A stretch of 63,657 nucleotides of DNA, the filler included, from Octopus bimaculoides (lineage: Eukaryota): NCBI RefSeq assembly GCF_001194135.2. It is 6 parts of 5 records of this genome, joined end to end, with 100 filler letters (N's around TTAATTAATTAA, not from the genome) between each part and the next. Parts side by side here need not be neighbours in the genome. Positions count along the whole stretch, not along the records: positions 1 to 19,275 come from NC_068989.1; 5 more parts are not named here. One strand, 5' to 3'. The translations under genes were made by a program, and so were the position numbers. Below the pieces are notes generated by a model, which was not told the DNA's origin, did not search any database, and saw nothing but the letters and a program-made list of their open reading frames with translations. This document shows, one piece after another, positions 1 through 12,480 of this stretch; positions within the stretch are counted from its first letter, which is position 1; every line of letters starts with the position of its first letter.

Positions 1-169
1 AGCATTTAAACTGGCTCCAAAATATTCTCCCTGTTTTATGTTCAGACCAGCCAGATCTGACCTCTCCCAACTATTCTGCAGTGTTTTTGTAAAAATAAAC
101 AGTCACATCATTGAAATCTCAAAGCTGGGAAATAATCCATGGTTAATTCAAAACAATGCGAGTAAGACT

Positions 170-360
170 GTGTCACGTAAAAAGCACCCAATACGCTCTG
201 TAAAGTGGTTGGCATTAGGAAGGGCATCCAGCTATAGAAACTCTGCCAAATCAGACTGGAGCCTGGTGTTGCCATCCGGTTTCACCAGTCCTCAGTCAAA
301 TCGTCCAACCCATGCTAGCATGGAAAGCGGACGTTAAACGATGATGATGATGATGATGAT
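170..360 (+). mobile_element. RTE 3'-UTR-derived repeat (family A), representative of about 23 copies
   Basis: Other copies (approx.): + 1050-1420, 2400-2597, 7370-7716, 9400-9650, 11270-11507, 11690-11956, 12743-12890, 20505-20653, 22688-22830, 24685-24771, 25375-25647, 28878-29320, 36375-36525; - 19422-19725, 22846-23165, 29615-29770, 30186-30370, 33114-33409, 45888-46187. Confidence 0.9.
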
Positions 361-411
361 TTTCTATCTCTGTGTCACTCATTCACAATCCATCTGTCTC
401 TTGTCTTGCAG

Positions 412-585
412 CATCAGAACGAATTGGAGGTGGAGCGACTGCAGGAGAAGGTGCAAGGATTGGAGGCTGATCTGCAAAACTCAAGGCTGCGTGAGAGGCA
501 GCTGGTGCACGAAATTGAGTACACCAAGTTGCGCAGTCCTCAGAACCTGGAGTCCTTTACTGCACGCATCAGGTCAGATGTGATG
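412..585 (+). CDS. PCNT: Pericentrin/AKAP9-like, internal coiled-coil exon (gene continues upstream of the window)
   Basis: cag|CAT...ATG|gtgagt; 174 nt, phase 0/0; HQNELEVERLQEKVQGLEADLQNSRLRERQLVHEIEY is coiled-coil-like; splices in frame into the PACT-domain exons. Confidence 0.85.
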
Positions 586-947
586 GTGAGTGACTTATTA
601 TATATATAGAGTTATAGTTGAGTATGTTCGTATTTGTGTTGTTCAAAGCCCCAAGTGAACCCTAATCAAGGAGGTTTATGATCAGATACATTCCAGGCAT
701 GGCCATCCAGTAATTTTACATATCTATTGTTATCTTTTTATCTTTTACTTGTTTCAGTCATTGGACTGTGGCTATACTGTTGCTCTGCCTTGAGGGGTTT
801 TAGTTGAATAAACCAACCCCAGAGACTTATTTTTTAAGTCTGGTACATATTTATCAGTCTCTTTTTGCCAAACCACTATGTTATGGTGGTGTATACAAAC
901 CCAACACCAATTGGTAAGTGGGATGGTTGTGGCATAGACACATGCAT

Positions 948-982
<35 letters not shown>

Positions 983-1474
983 GGACATGCACACACGCAC
1001 ACGATGGACATGCACACAGTTTCAGTCTATCAAAATGACTCATAAAGAGCTGCTTGACCCTGGGTGGAGCTATAGTAGAAGACTTTCTTTTTTGTCTTGC
1101 AAGTACTTGATGGCCCTGTCAGTGCAGGTGCCATTTAAAAACACCCAGTCCTCACTGTAAAGTGGTTGGTGTTTGGAAGAGCATCCAGCTGTAAAAACCT
1201 TGCCAAAACTGATCTCACCTGTACTTGTGCCACGTAAAAAGCCCTAAGTCCACTCTACTGAGTGGTTTGTGTTAAGAAGGGCATCCAACTGTAAAAATCC
1301 TGCCAAACTAGTCACAGAAGTCTGGTGTAGGCTTCTGCCTGGCCGGCTCTTGTGAAACTGTCCCACCCATGCCAGCATGGAAGGCAGACATTAAACAATG
1401 ATGCTGATGATAATGATGATTTAGTCGGTGTGCCCCACAGTGGGACTGAACCTGAAACCGCTCTTCTTTTGCAG

Positions 1475-1620
1475 ACCACCACCTCGACAAGCGCCATGAA
1501 GCCAGATACTAAGGAGAAAGAGAAGCTGTTATCCGCCTTTAAAAGTCAGCTGGAAAACATTCGCCAGTGCCTGGAGTCTGCTGGAATGACCTTCCAGGAT
1601 TGTCTAAATAAAATCACCAG
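1475..1620 (+). CDS. PCNT: Pericentrin/AKAP9-like exon
   Basis: ttttgcag|ACC...ACC AG|gtatgg; phase 0/2; TTTSTSAMKPDTKEKEKLLSAFKSQLENIRQCLES. Confidence 0.8.
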
Positions 1621-2807
1621 GTATGGCTTTCTTTGAGGCTTAGATTCAACCAGTCTTCAGTGATAATGTCTGGGTTGTTAGTCTTAATTGTTCTTGTTTG
1701 TTGGTACAGATGTATATTTTATAATATTGTGAATTGGACAATTTTAGAGACGAGTTATGATCAATATGGCTACCCATTGTTGTTTGTTTTGAGTTAGTAA
1801 TACAGTTGGTAGTAGTTATGTAGATGCAGTGGGTAGTGGAGTGGGTAGAGGGCTACATAAAGGGATTTACCTTTACCCTTTACCTTCTAAGTTTAAAAAC
1901 TTTCTTAGGGGTGATGTTTTGCCTTTCATTTTTTTTTTTGAGGTTAAGTTCCAGTTATCATCACTCCCATCACCACCACCACCATCATCATTGTTACTAT
2001 CACCATCATCATCATCAGCAGTAAGTATTGGGGAGAATGTAATTGACCNNNNNNNNNNNNNNNNNNNNNNNNNNNNNNNNNNNNNNNNNNNNNNNNNNNN
2101 NNNNNNNNNNNNNNNNNNNNNNNNNNNNNNNNNNNNNNNNNNNNNNNAAAAAAAAAAAATGCTGGCCTTGTGTCAGAATTTGAAGCCAATATTTTAGGGA
2201 GAGCGGGGACTCAAACAAAGCCCACAATGCTCTCACATCTAAAATGGTGTGGCTGCTGTGCACATAGACATCCTGGCCAATGGATTGACAGAATCCATTG
2301 TGTGGTAAACAAAATGTTCTTTATGTTCTGAGTTCAAATCCTGCCAAGGTCAGGTTTACTCTTCATCCTTCTCATATAAATAGAATATGAAGAAATGCAA
2401 TGCTGGTGCCATATGAAAAGTACCTGTGCTGGTGCCATGTAAAAAGGACCCAGAACATTTTGCAAAATGGTTGGCACTAGGAAGGGTGTCCAGCTGTAGA
2501 AACAGTCAACGGAGCCTTGCTCTTACTAGCTCTTGTCAAACCTATCCAACCCATGCTAGCATGGAAATAAATGTTAAATGATGACGATAATGATGATCCT
2601 TTGTCAAAATCAATAATTATTTAGGACTGATCAATAATCTATTATGTATCTATGTCCTTTACAGAAACCAATAAGAAACTGTGATGTATCAGTGTGTATC
2701 AAATCGATAATTTATTATGCTGTACCTGTGTCTCTACTGTTCATATAATTCAATGACTAATTAAGTCCCTATATTTTTTCTTTTGTTTTTTTCTTGTGCT
2801 TCTCCAG

Positions 2808-2943
2808 TTACCTGAAAGCCAATCAGACAATGGCTCCAGCATCTCAAGACAGCTTCGGTATACTGTGTTCAATGACCGCTTCCGTTGATGACATGCTCTC
2901 TGACCTGCGAGAGCTTCAGATGTCCCTAACTTTAGAAGCTCAG
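2808..2943 (+). CDS. PCNT: Pericentrin/AKAP9-like exon
   Basis: long pyrimidine tract, ccag|T TAC...CAG|gtaatt; phase 2/0 matches both neighbours. Confidence 0.85.
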
Positions 2944-3673
2944 GTAATTCCTCAAACCTCTACTCACTATCACTTTGCAAGATTCCTTTCATTTCTGGGT
3001 CTCGGTACCAAGGGGTTTTTACTCATATCTGTTGGGAAGAAGATGGGGCTTGATTTGCAGAGGCTGAATTTAAAAAAAAAAACAAACTCAGTAATATTCA
3101 TTTGTTTTGTTTGGGTGGATCACACGTTCTAACTCATATCTGTGTAAATCTTGTATATATTATCTACGTATAATTTGATATACACTAATAAAGATAAGTT
3201 TAATAGATTAAATTAATGTGTAACATCTTCATTAACACCACCACTGAATTAAGGACGTTTATATTACCTATGTGGTATTCTATATTTTTTAGCTAGAGTG
3301 TAGTTGGGTCTCAAGGGGGTGGTACAAACCTAGCAATATGTGTTTTATAGGAGAAATAAAATCTCCGTTCAAATGGCAATCACTGGACAATTTTTGTTTG
3401 AGTCTAACTGTTTTAAGTCGTAGTGGAAACGTGACCTATGTCGCAAATAGGCATACGAGTATTGTATAAATTTTATGATTGAAAAGTTTTCTATATTTTG
3501 TACATACGAGTATACCAGCCTGCAGGCACAATAAAATGGGCTCACGGGCAGGGGTTTCCGCACCCGAGCTAAGGTAAGAATAGAGAGGGTCTTAAGGAAT
3601 AAGCCCAAATTGAAACTCTCTGTACATCACATTGATAGACACTTCATTGCATTTTGCTCTCTCNNNNNNNNNN

Positions 3674-3718
<45 letters not shown>

Positions 3719-3883
3719 GTCTCTCTCTCTTTGTCTCTCTGTCTGTCTCTCTCTCTCTCTCTCCCTCCACCTTCCTTTCCCCTCTCCCCATCTCTGTTAC
3801 TTCATAGTATCATCAAAACTCCTCACCCAGTCTGTCTCTTCCTCTCTGTCTGTCTGCCTCTCTCTCTCACATGCACATCTACA

Positions 3884-3922
<39 letters not shown>

Positions 3923-3980
3923 TTGTATTTCCCATGCTCATAAGCTAACCCTCTACATCTGTCTGTGTATTTTATAACAG

Positions 3981-4157
3981 GAAGGTCCTGGCTACCCCCA
4001 CCTAGCTGCCATCATCAACCAGCGAACCCTGCAGCACAATCGGGACTTACTCAGCAGCATCTTCAAGCTGAGTGAAGAAAAACTGGCCCTGAGGGCTCAG
4101 CTCCTTGAATGCGAGGAATGTATTCAAAACTACAAGACTCGGGATTACATTCAACTG
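3981..4157 (+). CDS. PCNT: Pericentrin/AKAP9-like exon (absent from the ORF track, 59 codons)
   Basis: acag|GAA...CTG|gtgagc; EGPGYPHLAAIINQRTLQHNRDLLSSIFKLSEEKLALRAQLLECEECIQNYKTRDYIQL; phase 0/0. Confidence 0.85.
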
Positions 4158-4359
4158 GTGAGCAAGTGGTGGTGGTGTGTGTCCCCCACTGATGCAACAG
4201 GGTCAACAAATGAATGGCCCACTACTTACCTTAAATCCTCTTTATTGTTCACCCAGTTTCTTGTTTAACTTATTAACCTCTTCTTCATCTGGATGTCCCT
4301 ATTTTTACTCACTGTACTGTATACGTGTATATGTGTGCCTGAGTGTTTGTATATATATA

Positions 4360-4392
<33 letters not shown>

Positions 4393-4613
4393 CCAACCCA
4401 TGCTAGCATGGAAAGCGGGCGTTAAACGATGATGATGATGATGATATATATATATATATATATGTGTGTACACATGTGCTTCATTTTGTGTATGTGTGTG
4501 TATACATATACACATACACACACACACACATAATGTGCTTGTTTGTGTGTGTATATACAAATATACTTCATTGTGTTGTGTGTTGATAAATGTGTATGGT
4601 TGCATATGTACAT

Positions 4614-4666
<53 letters not shown>

Positions 4667-5517
4667 CACACACACACACCGTTGTGTCTGGGGAGAGTCA
4701 TTTTCTTATTGTGCTTTATAATTTAACACTCACCGGTAAAATTTCCACTTATTCCTTATTTTTATTTTTCCTAAAATTTTCGTTGTCTCTTGCACCGTTT
4801 TCAATAGTTTTGACTCTGTCTGTTATTTAAACCGCGTTTCTTTTTGTTTGTTTGTGTGCATTTGTATATATTCATGTATGTGTGTATATTTGTATGTATG
4901 TATGTATTCTGCATATTAATGTGTTTGTGTGTCCGTGTTTGTGTGTCTTTTTGTATGTGTGTGTGTGTGTGTGTACCTCTGCCTTTTTTTGTGTGCATGT
5001 CTGAGTGTGCGTATGTGTTTTGCAACTATGTACCGTGTTTGTATGTATGGATGTGTATCTCCATATGTGTGGCCAATGAAATATATACATATATATAATT
5101 ATAATAAGGGCTTAGAAAAGAAATTTTCTAGTTTTTATCCTGAGAAATAGATGCTAAATTGTCTCACCATGGTTTCATGTCTAAATTGTCTCACCATGAT
5201 TTTGTGTCTATTTCTCAGCATACACGCAAGAAAATTTATTTTCTAAGTCCTTATTATAATTATACATATAATTTCACATTAATAGGTTCCCTTTTATTTG
5301 CTGGCCACTAGTAGAATTAAAAAAAAAAAAAAGTTTTATCCTCTATTATTATACACACACACACACACACACACGTGCTAAATTTTGTGTGTGTTACATA
5401 TGTGCTGGGTTTTGTATATGTATCATGTATGTATATGTCAGTGTGTATGTTGTGTATATCTCTGTGTGTGTGTGTATGTCAATGGCTCATCTCTCCTCTT
5501 CTGTGTCTTCCTGAAAG

Positions 5518-5787
5518 ACCCAAAATTCTGATGGCGACGGCGACTCGTTGCTGGAGACCTCATTCACCATGGAGCGGATCCGATGGGACCAGGAGAGGGC
5601 TACCTATGAACTGGCCCTGCAAAACTGTGAGAAGCGGATCGAACAACTCCAGCGGAACTTGAGAATTGAACGAACCCAAGGTTTCGCCCTCTCCAATAAC
5701 AACACCACCTCCACCACAAGTCCAAACATCAACAATACCTCCACCAACAACAACAACAACAACCCATTGTTGATGGAATCAGATTTG
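5518..5787 (+). CDS. PCNT: Pericentrin/AKAP9-like exon
   Basis: aag|ACC...TTG|gtaatt; 270 nt, phase 0/0; ERIRWDQERATYELALQNCEKRIEQLQRNL then an N/T-rich tract; the AAG acceptor is less certain. Confidence 0.8.
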
Positions 5788-6845
5788 GTAATTGTTTTTT
5801 GTCTTTTACTTGTTTCAATGATTAGACTGTGGCCATGCGGGGGCACCGCTTTGAAGAATTTTAGTTGAATGAATCGACCCCATCGGTCCATTTTGCTGAA
5901 CTGTTAAGTTATAAGAATTTAAATGTACCAACACTGGTTGCCAGGTGATGGTGAGGAACAAGCACACACGCACACACACCGATAGGCTTCTTTCAGTTTC
6001 TGTCTACCAAATCCACTCCAAAGATTTTGATCAACTCGTCCAAGGTGTCATCCAGTGGGATTGAACCTTGAACCATATGGTCGGGAAGCAAACTTCCAAC
6101 CACACAGCTACACCTCTGCCTAGCCACTCTTGTAGGCGTGAGTGACTGGATCTGGTCAATTTAAACATAAAACCGGTAGAATATTTGACCTGGACTTGGT
6201 TTGTTTAAATGCTGAATGATTAATTTGCAATTATTCTTTCTCCCAACGGTTTTCCTTGTTTTTCCCATCACTTTGTATTTTACCCCAACCACCCAATATA
6301 TTATCCCTATTATTATTTGGCAGAATCGTTTGCATCCCAGACAAAATGCTTGACGGTATTGCGTCTGCCACTTTGTTCTGAGTTCAAATTCCGCCGAGGT
6401 TGACTTTGCCTTTCATCCTTTCGGGGTCAATTAAATATGTACTAGTTACATATTGGGGTTGATGTAACTGACTTGTCCCCTTCCCACCAAGTTTTCAAGG
6501 CCTTGTGCCTAGAGTAGAAATAATAATAATTATAATAATAATTATAATAATAATAATAATTAATAATAATAATAATTATTATTATTATTTCGAAGCGCCT
6601 CCCCCTATTGGGAGTTTTATTTGTTATATCTTTCTCTGTTTTCTTACTGTTTACATGAACGCTTTCTACTTTTCGGACAAAACCTTTTGTAAACTTTGTC
6701 CTGTCTTTGTCCTTACATGTTTTTGATTTATATTAGCCCTTGTGGCCAATAAAAGCAGAATTAATTATTATTATTATTATTATTACCCCAGTTGTCCTGT
6801 TGTTATCCCCCCATCTCTCAGTCTACTTTTTGTTTCTGTTTTCAG

Positions 6846-7102
6846 ATCCAGACTTTGTTCAGGAAGTACTTTCGAGCCGAGAGCTTCCGTAAGGCACTGA
6901 TTTACCAAAAGAACTACCTGTTGGTGCTGCTGGGTGGCTTCCAGGACAGTGAGCAGACTGTCCTTGCTCTTCTGTCACGGATGAATGCCAGGGGTAATGA
7001 CAATAGGTTGTTAGGGGATTCATACAACCAGGGCCAACACAACCGATGTCCTCCTTTGGCCAGGTTCCGAAGTGCAGCAAGGGTCATCGTAGCAATCTCA
7101 CG
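6846..7102 (+). CDS. PCNT: Pericentrin/AKAP9-like exon, PACT (centrosomal targeting) domain
   Basis: KYFRAESFRKALIYQKNYLLVLLGGFQDSEQ...RFRSAARVIVAISR is the PACT signature; ttcag|ATC...CG|gtacgt. Confidence 0.95.
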
Positions 7103-7819
7103 GTACGTGGACCCATTACACACCACCTTCGCTCCAGCTGTTCCCTACAATGCTCCTTTTGACTCTTCAATGTGTTTTTTTTTTATTGTTTCCCTTATTT
7201 ATTGTGTTGTCGCGAGATCCATTGACACCCTTGGGGGGTTGGAAGAATGGACTAGCCAAACTCTTATAAAGAGTAGCGTATTGATTGAGATGAGAGGTCA
7301 GTAGGAGTCGTTGAGAGGTCGGTAAGGGTCAGTGTGTTATTGACCTATTGAGTCAAGTACATCAAAACCAAAATCAAATGGAAATTGTAATTGTGATCCC
7401 TGTGCCAGTGGAAAATTAAAAAGCACCATCCAAACATGGCTGATGCCAGCGCTGCCTCGACTGGCTTCCGTGCCGGTGGCATGTAAAAAGCACCAACCGA
7501 TCGTAGTTGTTGCCAGCCCCCTCTGGCCCCTGTGCCAGTGGCATGTAAAAAGTACCCACTACACTCTTGGAGTGGTTGGTATTAGGAAGGGCATCCAGCT
7601 GTAGAAACACTGCCAGATCAGATTGGAGCCTGGTGCAGCCTCCTGGCTTGCCAGACCCCAGTCAAACCGTCCAACCCATGCCAGCATGGAAAACGGACAT
7701 TAAACGATAATGATGATTACATAGATACATATATATNNNNNNNNNNNNNNNNNNNNNNNNNNNNNNNNNNNNNNNNNNNNNNNTATATATATATATATAT
7801 ATATATATGCACATACACA

Positions 7820-8044
7820 CAGTAATCCCTCACCATATTGCGGTTCACCTATCATAGCTTATTATTTAAGCTTGTGTCGATTCTTCCGTGGTGTTGTTTT
7901 GCATTTATAATAAAATAAATATATGCAAAATATAAAAACAATAAAAAGAAACATATACAGTACAGTACTGTTTCTACTTTGTGGATCTTTACCTATCACG
8001 GGGGGTTAGGCAAGTAACACCCGTGATAGTTGAGGGGGTTACTG
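7820..8044. mobile_element. Tigger/pogo-type Tc1-mariner MITE
   Basis: TIRs CAGTAATCCCTC and GAGGGGGTTACTG followed by TA; related copy at 38244-38537 ends GAGGGATTACTG-TA. Confidence 0.75.
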
Positions 8045-8447
8045 TACATGATTAGCATGTGTAAGTCATATGAACCATGTACAGAGATGCCATCAGCTTG
8101 GTGAAAGTTATCAATGGTGAGCTCAGTGAGGAATATAGTGTAGTTTGCAGATAGGTGTCCATCAGGGTCCAGTTCTTATTCCTTTCCTGTTTGTAATAAT
8201 TGTCTTGGTTTGACCAAGAGATTAAGACCGGCTGGTTTCACCTTTTAAGATTTTGAATCCTAATCTTGTTGGGATGGTCACCTTCTGATTGTCATCTTAT
8301 GTTAAAAAAAAAAGAAATACCAGTATTCTAATGGTGTTAATTTCATGCAATTGTATTTTCATGTTTTGAAAAATTTCCTAAAGAAGAAACTTCATGGCTT
8401 CTGTGTTGTGTAATGTATTATCTTCATTTCCATCTTTTGTGTTCCAG

Positions 8448-8548
8448 CATGAAGTATTTGGTGAGGAAACTGCAACAAGCATGTGCTCTATCCTTGAGCG
8501 GGGTCCTCAACCTCTCTCCACAGCACCGAGGAAAATTCAAGCCCTCAG
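8448..8548 (+). CDS. PCNT: Pericentrin/AKAP9-like exon, end of PACT domain
   Basis: ccag|C ATG AAG TAT TTG GTG AGG gives (R)MKYLVRKLQQ, completing the PACT R-M-K-F/Y-L-V-R motif; phase 2/1; donor G|gtacat. Confidence 0.92.
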
Positions 8549-8633
8549 GTACATTTACACAATCAACCACCTGTTTCCTATTGTCTCTCTCTATGTACAT
8601 ACATGCATCTAAAACTTTTATGCGGACACGCAT

Positions 8634-9385
8634 CATCATTGTTTAACGTCCGTTTTCCACGCTGGTATGGGTTGGATGGTTTGACTGGGGGACTGGCAAG
8701 CCAGGAGACTGCACTAGGCTCCAGTCTGACCTGGCAAAGTTTCTACAGCTTGATGCCCTTCCAAACACAACCACTCAGAGAGTGTAGTGGGTGCTTTTTA
8801 TGTGCCACCAGCGCAGGAGCCAGTGAGGCGGCACTAGCATCAGCCACACTCGAAAGGTGCCTTTTTACATGCCACCAGCACTGGCATCGACCTCACTCGA
8901 ATGGTGCTTAGTCGACCACCTTCACAACTATGATTTCACTTGACTCAACTGGTGTTGAGCACAGCATATTGCCTGACGATTAAAGGGTACTTTTAAACGG
9001 GCCGGTTATGTGACACTGGCATCGGCCACAGCTACAATCTCACTTGGCTTGCTGGGTCTTCTCAAGCACCGCATATCTCCAAAAGTCTCGGTTACTTTTC
9101 ATTGCCTCTGTGAGGCCCAACATTCGAAGGTTATGCTTCATAATCTTATCCCAGGTGTCTATGGGTCTACCTCTTCCACAGGCTCCCTCCACGTTTAGGG
9201 TGTGACACTTCTTCACACAGCTGTCCTCATCCATATGCAACACATGACCATACCAGCGCAGTTGTTTTTCTTGCACACCACGTCTGATGCTTCTTATGTC
9301 CAACTTTTCTCTCAGGGTGCTTACACTCTGTCGTGTATGCACACTGACATTACACATCCAGCAGAGCATCCTAGCTTCTTACACA
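8634..9385 (-). mobile_element. 5'-truncated RTE-clade LINE: ORF C-terminus, full 3' UTR and (GAT)n tail
   Basis: ORF 9040-9369(-) has LRWYGHVLHM...GRGRP..TWD..., typical of the RTE C-terminus; runs into the window's commonest repeat ending GGACGTTAAA(C/T)GATGATG. Confidence 0.85.
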
Positions 9386-9892
9386 TCCAGTGGAGCATGC
9401 AGCCCCACCACCAATGACACACATATATACATGTGCCAGCGCCCTATAAAAAGCACCTGTGCTGGTGCCACATTAAAATCACCCAGTACATTCTGTAAAG
9501 TGGTTGGTGTTAGGAAGGGCTCCCAGCCATAGCAACCATGCCAAAGCAGACAATTGAAACCTGGTGCAACTCTCTGGCTTGCCAACAGCTGTCGAACTGT
9601 CCAACCCATGCCAGCATGAAAAAACAGACGTTAAATGATGATGATGGTGGTGCACACACACACACACACACAAGAAAATGCCCTCATTTCTTATCACTCA
9701 GTCACTCTGTCTGTCTCTATACTCCAATTTACACATTGTCATGCCTCTCTCAGTCTGTTTGTCTGTCTGTTTGTCTCTTTCACCATCTCTCACCATCTCT
9801 CCCTCTCACTTAGTCAACCACCATCACTCTCACTACTATCTCTCTCACACACTCTCTCACCATCTCTCCCTTCTCTCTCTCTTCCCCCACAG

Positions 9893-10310
9893 GTCACACA
9901 GTGCCGTGTTCCAGCTCCGCATCGACCATGACGTCCAGTACCTTCTCTGCCCCACTCGAAGGTGCCACTGCTGCAACCAGTCCGCACAGCAACCCGTTCG
10001 TGTCAGCACCGTATTGCAGCCTGAAGCTGCGCTCTAGCATCAGTTCTGTACGACCGAGACCAGGTGTTGGTCACAGTCCACCTGGGTATGCATCGTCAGT
10101 GAGGCACATGGTCAATACCAGTTCCAACAACGTCCAGGGGTTCAGTCCCAGCAGTTTAGCAACGCCACCAATCAAAACGAATCTTACATCGTCACAATCA
10201 CGATTTACGACCCCACCAACAAAGGAAGCGAACCACCTAAGAGGTGCTTTGGAGAAGGTTCCGTCCCTCTATCAGCTCACGGAGGACCATTCAGATCATA
10301 TTGTACAGCA
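9893..10310 (+). CDS. PCNT: Pericentrin/AKAP9-like exon, S/T/P-rich post-PACT tail
   Basis: ccacag|GT CAC...CAG CA|gtaagt; phase 1/2; in frame with ORF 9901-10314. Confidence 0.85.
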
Positions 10311-11603
10311 GTAAGTTGCTCTTTGTATTATTATTGTTGTTGTTGCTGTTGATGTACCTTTCTCTTGTCGTTCTTTGTATAGCAGTGGTGGTGGTGGTGG
10401 TGGTGGTTGTGTTTGTTGATCGTGGTGCAGGCATGGCTGTGTTGTTGAGGAACTTGCTTCTCAGCCGTGTGGTCTCCAGTTCGATCCCACTGCACAACAC
10501 CTTGGGCAAATGTCTTTTACTGTTATCCTGAGCTGACCAAAGCTTTGCTAAAGAATTTGGTAGACAAGACTTGTGTGGAAGCATGTCTGGTGCACGTGTT
10601 TATGTATGCGTATGTATGCATGTGTCCGCTTGTATTTGTGTTTGTTTCCCCTACTTGACAGCCGCTGTTGGTTTGTTTACACCTCTGTTACTTAGCAGTT
10701 TGGCAAAAGAGACTGATAAAATAAATGCCAGACTTAAAAATCTAAGTCCTGGGGTTGATTTCTTTGACTGCACCTGTCAAGGTGGTGTTCCAGCATGGCC
10801 ACAGTCCGATGACTGAAACAAGTTAAAAATAAAAGACAAAAGTTACCATGTAACCTAACCAACATTGCAATCTTAGTCATTAATCAATCAATCAATCAAT
10901 CAATTACTTAATCAAAACTTATCCACATTGTTTTTTTGTGTTTCTTTTTCTATCCTAATTAGATGTATTGATGCTTTTACATGGTCACTTTTTACTGAAA
11001 AATCTCGCAGGATCTTAAAGTAATTATTTTCCCTAGTTGTTCCTTGGCTGGTGATGGTACCAAACCATTTCTCATCCATTTCAAATTTCCAAGCAGTCTC
11101 TTACTGTGTCTCTTTCTCTGCCTCACCCTGTCGGACAGTGGCTTGTTTTTTTTTGTTTTTTTCCACCTGGTCTCGTCTTATTGCACGACATTGAGAGAAT
11201 AATGAGGAGCAATGTATTGGTCTTTTCCATTTTAGATCTTTTCAGTAACCAATAATCACACGTAAAAACCACCATTCAAGCATGGTGGTTGCAGTATCGC
11301 CTGAATGGTCCCCATGCCAATGGCTCGTAAAATGCACACCACTACACTCTTGGGGTGATTGGTGTTAGGAAGGGCATCCAGCTGTACAAACATGGCCAGA
11401 TCAGATTGGAGCCTGGTGCAGCCTTCTGGCTCTCCAGACCTCAGTCAAACCGTCCAACCCATGCTAGCATGGAAAGCGGACGTTAAAGGACGACGATGAT
11501 GATGATGAATAATTATAAATCATAATTGAATTTATAATTATTTGTTGTCTGTTATCAATTACAGAAATACCACTTACTTGCTTCCTGTTATTCTCTCATG
11601 CTA

Positions 11604-11657
<54 letters not shown>

Positions 11658-12097
11658 TATATNNNNNNNNNNCACACACATATATATAAAAACATTCGAG
11701 CGAGGTCGTTGCCAGTGCCGCTGGACTGGCTCCTGTGCAGGTGGCATGTAAAAAAACACCATTCAAACATGGTCAATGCCAGCCCCACTTGCTACTGTCA
11801 GAGTGGTTGGCGTTAGGAAGGTGATCCAGCTGTAGAAATACTGCAAGATCGGATTGCAGCCTTGTGCAGCCTTGTGCAGCCTCCTGGTTTCCCAGACCTC
11901 AGTCAAACCATCCAACCCATGCCAGCATGGAAAACGGATCTTAAACAATGATGATGAAATGTTATCTATTTGATGACACATTTATACAAAGTTGGTTCCA
12001 ATCATTTTATTTCCTTTTTTTAATATTTCAATCTTGGTAAATCTTTTTCTAGTCTCACTTTTTCCTTGTTTTATTCACCATTGACCAACTTTTCAGG

Positions 12098-12139
<42 letters not shown>

Positions 12140-12149
12140 GCTTCCATTT

Positions 12150-12480
12150 TCTCTCCTGCCACATACTTCTGTAGTCCTCAATCTATCAGACATTCTGTAT
12201 CTGTCACATAAACCATTCTCTACCACCTCCTTCCATTGGTACATACAATCTTGCAACACCACTTTATTAAATAGAACTTTGTGGTCTCTTTAGCCATTCT
12301 TTTAAGTTTCAATTTCTTCCACTGAAGAATGTCTCCAGAATATCTCAATATTGGTTTTTCTCTGGTTTTGGATACCTTTCATGAGTTGATTTTTTCCAGT
12401 TTATTTTTGTTCCAAAGAACTTACTGATGTTATTCTTAGCTTTTCCAAAATTCATCCTTTATATTTTGCTTCATCTCATC
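12150..12480 (-). mobile_element. R4/Dong-like RT C-terminal remnant
   Basis: PILRYSGDILQW and ARLYVPMEGGGR resemble LRYS.G...W and RLY.PR.EGGRG; heavily degraded. Confidence 0.5.

Noticed and set aside
270-300. CUGAGGA-CUGGU-GAAA on the antisense strand of young family A copies, resembling a hammerhead core
   Set aside because: No stem II pairing, no UH site, and the motif is not kept in older copies.
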